53,057 nucleotides of DNA from Paracoccaceae bacterium (GTDB lineage: Bacteria; Pseudomonadota; Alphaproteobacteria; Rhodobacterales; Rhodobacteraceae). The stretch is from contig JAPOOS010000315.1 of the NCBI GenBank assembly GCA_026713305.1, positions 1-53,057 on the forward strand, written 5' to 3'. Made by a program: the position numbers and the translations under genes. Below, one piece after another: positions 47,947-53,057 of the stretch; positions within the stretch are counted from its first letter, which is position 1; each line of letters opens with the position of its first letter. The notes under the pieces are model-generated. The model made no database searches. It was given only the letters and a program-made list of their open reading frames with translations, and was not told where the DNA came from.

Positions 47947-50900
47947 GGTTTCATTTCCTGAAATTCCTGCAGGCACCTGCCAACCGCGTCGCGGCCAACC
48001 TTGTGGCTTAGTTGAACGAGAAGGTTTGAAAGGTAGTGTTCGACGAATCTTTTGGATTCCATGCTGGAGTCGGCACGTTCAAGCACCCTTGCCTCAAGGC
48101 GCATTGCGGTTGCCTCAAGACGCTCCCGGAACAAACTGACAGTCCGCTCGTTCCATTCTTCAAGTCCCTTGCCCAGGAGCACGGTGCTCAACACGTCCGA
48201 CAATCCGCGCTCGCCGCGGGAAGAGGACTGGGCATTCCGTGCATGGGACAGAATGCCCTGAGCCTCGCGATCAAGACCAATCCGCATGTTTTCCGGCTGC
48301 GGGAGGAATGCCGCCCAAGTCTCTGCAGCCTGCAGCAATGGCAGCGGCCTGCCAGGAATGCGCGAGTTGAACACTTCGGCCGCAATCGCAGCAGCCCGAT
48401 GTGCGTAGGAGTCAATCACCGAATTCAGCTGGTCGATTGCCAGGCAAAAGACCCTGACGAATTGTGCCGAAAGCGCTTCCTGGTCGATCGCCTCGGGCAG
48501 CTTGCGCAAAATCAAGTCAAGAGGATCCATCATTGGGTCGCGAAGTAGAGGCTGTACCTGCTCGGCAGCCTTGCCCAGTCCGGTTGCATGAAGTGCGGCC
48601 CGCGGAACCGCGTTCCTCCACGAAAGCAGCGCGTCGTACAGCCCACGAACTGGGTCGGGTTCCTGCGGGTCCACCTTGCCGGCAAGATGGCCGATCATCG
48701 TCTCGAGATTCTGAATCTGGCGATCCGTAAACGGATATGTCTCAAGTTCGAATTGGGTCGGGTTTTCGCAGATTCGTTCAATCAGGGATGGCTGTATGTC
48801 ATCAACGTACAGGCGATCGCCCTTGACGACTTCCCGGATGGCAATGCCGCGTCCGAACGCTTGGAGCCCGGCAGCGACAAGGAGAGGGATCAAGCCCTGC
48901 CGAACTCCAAATGGAGGGGCGGAGAGAACGTCGACGATTTGGGTGAAGCTTCGGCGAGTTGCCTTATTGGGGGCAAAAAAGAGAGCGATTTTTTTCCAGA
49001 CGCGACGAGTGCCGGGATCCTTTACTTCCTGGCGGCGGGCCCAACGGAATGAAAGTCGACTACCCCCCCCCCTCCTATAAATTCCGCTTTGCTCGAAAAC
49101 GGTTCGGAAAATGGAGGAATCGGCCGAGGTCGCGCCTTCGTAGCCCAGCGAATTGGCGCCGCTCCGCTCAATGACCGCAAGCATGCAGCGCCTGCGCGCT
49201 GATCGGGCAGTTGGCGTCAAGTGCCGGCGCACGACCTGCTCGTTTCGTATGACTGGCGCATGCGGATAGCGGTTCTCGAAAATGTCGGCCAAGACCTCCC
49301 CGACATCTGCACGGCCATCGAATTCGTGGCTGTGGCCGTCATGCAGCCAGGTAACCTTTCCCAAGTCCGTGTTCATCAGATGCTCAAGCGAACTCCGCAA
49401 AAGGATTTCCGTTTCGGCCTTCAGCTCAATGAGTTCACGGCTGATCAGGGGATCGCTTTCGACAAGTTCGGGAGTTTCGAGCAGGTTCTTGACTGCAAGT
49501 AGTTCCGCCACGTGATGCGAAATGTCGGCTTGGCGGTGCGGCAACGCGACTACCACGTGTGGTGGGAGTTCACGTGCAGCGACATGCAGCTTTCGGCAGT
49601 CATTCGAGGCATCTATGACCAGTGCCACCAGCGCATCCTCATTCTCAGCTGCCCTGACCAATGCCTTCCGGCCGTCGACGCTCAGGATCTCCTTGGACCG
49701 CACAAATCGGCCGCGGGCAAAGCGGGTGATGGCGTGTTCGTGATTGTAGCGGGGAGCGATGTAGTTCTCGGGCGGAAACAGATCTTCGAGCGATTCGATG
49801 ACATCGTGGCGTCCGAGCAACCGCCTTACTTCCTCATCGACCAGCTGTCGCAAGTCCAGATCGGAACCGTGCCACAAGGAAATGTCGTCAACCCGCTTGC
49901 GATGAAGCAGCACCTTTCGTTCCACAAGCCTGTCGATCTCGGCTTCGGCATCGTCGGCCGTCAAGGATGTTCCGGCAGAAACTGCAACAACAAGACGCCC
50001 GCGCGTCAGATTGCGGCGTTCGCCACTGCGACCCATCTGCAGGAGTGCAGCTGCCTTCACAATCTTTCTTTGCAGGGCAGTTTCTGTCCTGGAAATAGCG
50101 GATTCCGCTTCGACATAGCGCCTGAAGGATCCACCGCTTCCTGAATCTGCGCGCATGGCTGGAACGAAGTAGTCGTATAGTCTGTCAAGCCCCACCGAAC
50201 CGTTCCGGACTCCCTTTGACAAACCCTCTTCAAGAAACCGGAATATGGTGCGTTCGTTCTGTGCAACCTGGGCAGCCATTCTCGGAAGAGTTTCGAGCGC
50301 TGCGGGAGTGAGGGGCCTGGATCGCGCCAGCACATGTTCAAGTTTCGAAAGGTCGGCGTATTCGGGAAAGAATCCCTGTGATCTTGCGTCGCGTGCAACC
50401 GAACCGCACACATGCCCGCCCTTGCAATTCAGCGTTTCGGCGATCGCTTCGTAGGCATCGGTGCCATCGTCGGTCAACCTCACCACGGAAAACCGTCCCT
50501 CGATCTTTCTCCAAGACCTGCGGGCCGACTCAGAAGCCCGGCGGGCATATTGATTCAAGCCCGAATGCATGAGCGTGGTGAAGGTCACCAAGGGCTTCTC
50601 GCGGCGGACCGCCCATTCCGCGAGGTCCTGGACCGCAAGCAGTTCCTCTTCGCGCCCGGCGACCGCAAGGTCCTCAAGGTGCTTTCCGAATTCATCCCAG
50701 ACGATTATCAGGCGTTCGACATTGGACTGGCACAGCTTTCGGTGCAACGCCTCCAGCGCTTCCTTCGTGCCGCGGTGAGGATCAGTTCCTGCCTGTTTGC
50801 ATAGCGCCAGCGGCAGGCTCGCGCAGGCGCCGTGAAGAACAATCGCTTGCGTCCTGCCTGAAATGCCGAAAAGCGCCTCAGCCAGCTTCGAGTCTGCCTC

Positions 50901-51140
50901 TGCAATCTTGCGAAGCAACTGGTTGGCGCAGCGGTTTCTCTCACGGAGAACCGTGATCGCGACCAACGCCGCCATTGACTTGCCGGCGCCAAAGGGCGCT
51001 ATCACGTGGCTCGCGCGGTCTCCGTTCAATCCGCTGACGGTCGACACGACCTGCATGGCCTTTCGGGTAACTTGAAAGCCCTCGGTTCTTTCCGGTCTGC
51101 CGAGGTCTTCCGCTATGTTGACGGAATGGAAGCCGGTCAC
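47943..51140 (-). CDS. sspC: Large P-loop ATPase, SspC-like / BrxC(DUF499)-like
   Basis: Walker A APFGAGKSMAAL and Walker B RLIIVWDEFGKHLE, then LAVQDLAEWA. About 900 aa of mostly helical sequence carries no other recognised motif. A GTG at 51140 overlaps the upstream TGA (GTGA), and the longest ORF starts at ATG 51194. Confidence 0.5.
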   Translation of the reverse strand: MTGFHSVNIAEDLGRPERTEGFQVTRKAMQVVSTVSGLNGDRASHVIAPFGAGKSMAALVAITVLRERNRCANQLLRKIAEADSKLAEALFGISGRTQAIVLHGACASLPLALCKQAGTDPHRGTKEALEALHRKLCQSNVERLIIVWDEFGKHLEDLAVAGREEELLAVQDLAEWAVRREKPLVTFTTLMHSGLNQYARRASESARRSWRKIEGRFSVVRLTDDGTDAYEAIAETLNCKGGHVCGSVARDARSQGFFPEYADLSKLEHVLARSRPLTPAALETLPRMAAQVAQNERTIFRFLEEGLSKGVRNGSVGLDRLYDYFVPAMRADSGSGGSFRRYVEAESAISRTETALQRKIVKAAALLQMGRSGERRNLTRGRLVVAVSAGTSLTADDAEAEIDRLVERKVLLHRKRVDDISLWHGSDLDLRQLVDEEVRRLLGRHDVIESLEDLFPPENYIAPRYNHEHAITRFARGRFVRSKEILSVDGRKALVRAAENEDALVALVIDASNDCRKLHVAARELPPHVVVALPHRQADISHHVAELLAVKNLLETPELVESDPLISRELIELKAETEILLRSSLEHLMNTDLGKVTWLHDGHSHEFDGRADVGEVLADIFENRYPHAPVIRNEQVVRRHLTPTARSARRRCMLAVIERSGANSLGYEGATSADSSIFRTVFEQSGIYRRGGGSRLSFRWARRQEVKDPGTRRVWKKIALFFAPNKATRRSFTQIVDVLSAPPFGVRQGLIPLLVAAGLQAFGRGIAIREVVKGDRLYVDDIQPSLIERICENPTQFELETYPFTDRQIQNLETMIGHLAGKVDPQEPDPVRGLYDALLSWRNAVPRAALHATGLGKAAEQVQPLLRDPMMDPLDLILRKLPEAIDQEALSAQFVRVFCLAIDQLNSVIDSYAHRAAAIAAEVFNSRIPGRPLPLLQAAETWAAFLPQPENMRIGLDREAQGILSHARNAQSSSRGERGLSDVLSTVLLGKGLEEWNERTVSLFRERLEATAMRLEARVLERADSSMESKRFVEHYLSNLLVQLSHKVGRDAVGRCLQEFQEMKP
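49063..49072 (-). repeat. G10 homopolymer (C10 on + strand) inside the SspC-like coding sequence
   Basis: The + strand reads ta-cccccccccc-tcc. The minus-strand codons agg agg ggg ggg ggt encode RRGGG and are currently in frame. Confidence 0.95.
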
Positions 51141-52051
51141 GCTGCGGGCTTTCCTGCGCGCTCCATTATCCGGGAATAAAGGCGACCTGCCCATCTGGCA
51201 GGCTGTGCGCTGCGGACCGAAATTTGGGTTGCGCCGGCAAGGCGTCGGGCGCCCATGTGTTCCTTGCCAATCTGCTGAGAGCCGTCCGTGGCTATTTCCA
51301 GCAGTTCGAGTTTGCCCTTCCCAAGCATGCCGCCGGTCAGCGCCATCTCGCTGCCCGACAGTTGCACGTCGATCTCGACATCCTCGTCGAGCAGGTGCGG
51401 AGGTTTGGCGGCTGTAACTGCAGAAATGACAAGTCCCAGAATTTCCGGTGGCAAAGGGGTCGATGTGGTGCGTTCGTATCTGTCCACTGTACGGAAATGG
51501 CGGATGAGGTTCAACCGATGCAATGGACTTCCAAGATTGTCCTCTGGGTCGTTCGACGCTCGGGGCACCGGCACCGCATAGGCTTTCAGGACCGTGGCCA
51601 CCTCGCGCTGGATCCTGGGGAGCGAAAACTCCTTTCCGGATTTCATGCGGGCACTTTTGTGGAGTTCCTCAATCAGGTCTGCTCGACTGAACCGGGAGGG
51701 CAGGTGGTGGGAGAAGAACCAGGGAAGTGACGATCCAGTTCCCGCCGTCACCGCGCTCGCATGAACCAGCCACCAGGTCCCGAGCAAACCCATGAATGGA
51801 TCGTGCTGTGCAATTGTCTTTCCCAACTCCGACAGTTCCAGCGGCTTCGACTGGTTGGCACGCTCGGCGAGCCCGGTCATGCGGAGCCACCAACCAATTG
51901 ATCTTGCCATGTTTCGCCCTACCCCCAAGGCATCTGCAACCTCCACCCGGGAAAAGCTGCCGGGTCGATTGCTCTGCAGGAAAAGCAGCCCCTTGGCGAG
52001 CCAGCCCGGGCGCGGGTAGAAGGTTTCGTGACCGCCGAGAAGCATACTCAT
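51137..52051 (-). CDS. sspB: DUF4007-like protein, SspB-like (first gene of operon)
   Basis: 304 aa. N-terminal GGHETFYPRPGWLAKG and wHTH-like ALGVGRNMARSIGWWLRMTGL match my recollection of the DUF4007 signature (GHETF.LR.GWL.K; LGVGKNMV.S.R.W). The size is typical, and it lies adjacent to the ATPase and PAPS-reductase genes. Confidence 0.6.
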   Translation of the reverse strand: MSMLLGGHETFYPRPGWLAKGLLFLQSNRPGSFSRVEVADALGVGRNMARSIGWWLRMTGLAERANQSKPLELSELGKTIAQHDPFMGLLGTWWLVHASAVTAGTGSSLPWFFSHHLPSRFSRADLIEELHKSARMKSGKEFSLPRIQREVATVLKAYAVPVPRASNDPEDNLGSPLHRLNLIRHFRTVDRYERTTSTPLPPEILGLVISAVTAAKPPHLLDEDVEIDVQLSGSEMALTGGMLGKGKLELLEIATDGSQQIGKEHMGARRLAGATQISVRSAQPARWAGRLYSRIMERAGKPAA

Positions 52052-52077
52052 GCCGAAGCGCCCTTTTCCCGATTCCT

Positions 52078-52091
52078 GGCGGAATTCCGCC
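52078..52091. promoter_or_regulatory. Perfect 14-bp palindrome GGCGGAATTCCGCC 27 nt upstream of the operon's first ATG
   Basis: The sequence ggcggaattccgcc is self-complementary. It lies in the 188-bp leader/promoter region between the IS630 remnant and the DUF4007-like gene. Confidence 0.25.
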
Positions 52092-52239
52092 CCATCACGG
52101 AATCAACAAGCGCCGCGAGCGCAAAAGGGGTTTGGGTTTCGGGGCGCAATTGGTCTCGGTCCAGTCTTTTGGAGAATGATATCACGTCATTGCCGGTGAA
52201 GATCACAAGGACCGTTCACACGACCAGCCAATTGCGCTA

Positions 52240-52866
52240 ATGCGCCAACAAACGCAAGTACGCAATCAGGCACGTCGCGTGCGTGCACTGTCGATGGGCT
52301 TTCGCTGGACAGCGGCGCGTCCTGTGCATCCGAAGTCGAGTGCGGCGAAAAAGCGTGAGTTTCGAGAGACCTATGCCCAAAGAGTTGCCAAGGAACTGCC
52401 TCCCCACGCCACCAATCTGACGCTGGAGACTTGGTTCCAGGACGAGACGCGTCACGGACAGATTGGCACGCTTGAGCGCATCTGGGGGGGGAAGGGAAAG
52501 AGAACCCGCGTCGTGCGTGACTTTCGCTTTATTTGCAGGTGGCTGTTTGGCTCCGCCTGCGCCAGCAGTGGCAAGGCCGTGGCCGCTGGCTGCCATGGCG
52601 TCTTGGTTCTTGACAGCGTGAGCTGGCATAGGTCGAAGGGGCTTGTCGTGCCCAACAACCTGACGCCGGACCACTTGCCGCCCTACAGTCCCGAGCTCAA
52701 TTCGATGGAGCAGGTGTGGGATTGGATCAAGTCCAATTTCCTGCGCAACCGTGTGCACAGAACGGCTGCCGAAGTGCAAACGGCGATGACGCAGGCGTGG
52801 CGGAAGTTTGCCAACGACCCGGACCGGACAGCTTCGATCGTGACGCGGGAATGGACCAAGGCATGA
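52240..52866 (+). pseudogene. IS630-family (DDE) transposase remnant lacking the N-terminal HTH and with an internal deletion
   Basis: WFQDETRHGQ (first D), VLVLDSVSWHRSKGL (second D), LPPYSPELNSMEQVW (E) in IS630 order. It is only 208 aa against about 340 aa expected, and about 25 aa are missing between the first and second catalytic blocks. Confidence 0.7.
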
Positions 52867-52918
52867 TCGCCCGAACCGCGCGATTTGCCGTCAATGATTG
52901 AAAGATCGCTTTGGAACA

Positions 52919-53057
52919 AAAGGGGATCACCGTCCCGACCTGGGTTTGCTGGAGCATGACTTCAGCCAGCCAGATCCTGTAGACCCTGTCGCTTTCGGAG
53001 AGCACGTGAGAGTTGTCATGCATTCGCCACGGCAGAGTTCGGGCGTTGCAGTCGTAC
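52919..53057 (-). pseudogene. mutY: A/G-specific adenine glycosylase MutY, 5' fragment (continues upstream of window; homology stops near 52919)
   Basis: The minus-strand reading YDCNARTLPWR...YRIWLAEVMLQQTQVGTVIPF matches the MutY N-terminus (R.LPWR...PY.VWLSE.MLQQTQV.TVIPYF). After ...VIPF the frame reads CSKAIFQSLTANR, unrelated to MutY, and runs into the IS630 remnant. Confidence 0.7.

Noticed and set aside
38367-52051. Alternative reading of the island as BREX type 4 (BrxP PAPS-reductase + BrxC ATPase)
   Set aside because: BREX type 4 requires PglZ (alkaline-phosphatase fold) and BrxL (Lon-like). Neither signature is visible in any of the six proteins. The DUF4007-like first gene and the F/G/H-like trio fit Ssp plus Dnd-type restriction better. 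This needs HMM confirmation.
38367-52051. Alternative reading as a classical dndBCDE-dndFGH cluster
   Set aside because: There is no SMC-like DndD, no small DndE and no DndB-type regulator. The PP-loop protein is short (about 285 aa, against about 500 aa for DndC) and is paired with a DUF4007-like protein, which is the Ssp arrangement.
52484-52491. G8 tract inside the IS630 transposase remnant as a programmed frameshift or phase-variation site
   Set aside because: The transposase copy is already truncated and internally deleted, so the tract has no plausible regulatory role here.
1-53057. CRISPR arrays, tRNA/tmRNA or rRNA genes (also as possible island integration sites)
   Set aside because: No regularly spaced direct repeats were seen. 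No T-loop-like GGTTCGAATCC-type sequences occur in a tRNA context. The few ggttcga hits lie inside sufC, the DptG-like gene and an intergenic spacer, without acceptor-stem pairing.

Overview
High-GC (about 58-60% by eye) chromosomal segment. Its gene order looks alphaproteobacterial, Rhodobacterales/Rhodospirillales-like; this is inference from synteny and protein motifs only. Nt 1-36,400 is mostly core housekeeping: pheT (5' partial), an Atm1-type ABC exporter, a serC-serA-argE-like operon, a D-aminoacylase, phoR-pstB-phoU-phoB (no pstSCA), an 8.3-kb rrf2-nifS/iscS-sufB-cupin-sufC-sufD-(two membrane ORFs)-sufS operon, an alpha/beta hydrolase, ratA/COQ10-like, lipA, icd, DUF1330, alaS, recA, an MBL hydrolase and rlmE. 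A small accessory islet at 10.4-14.0 kb holds an AAA-ATPase/DUF234-like gene, a short paralog sharing near-identical DNA blocks, and about 1.4 kb of AT-richer gene-poor DNA. Nt 36.4-38.4 kb is a non-coding scar with an ISKra4-like transposase remnant. The stand-out is 38.4-52.05 kb, a single six-gene, translationally coupled minus-strand operon. Its genes encode a DUF4007-like protein, a large P-loop ATPase, a PP-loop PAPS-reductase-family protein, a P-loop protein, a ~530-aa protein and a ~1,790-aa protein ending in an FtsK/SpoIIIE motor. By architecture and motifs this is an Ssp-type DNA phosphorothioation writer (SspB/C/D-like) joined to a DndFGH/DptFGH(SspFGH)-type restriction module. It has no dedicated cysteine desulfurase, and it carries a G10 homopolymer inside the ATPase gene. 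On the right the island is bounded by a decayed IS630-family transposase that truncates mutY. No rRNA, tRNA or CRISPR array was seen. All family assignments come from reading motifs and architecture; no database search was run.
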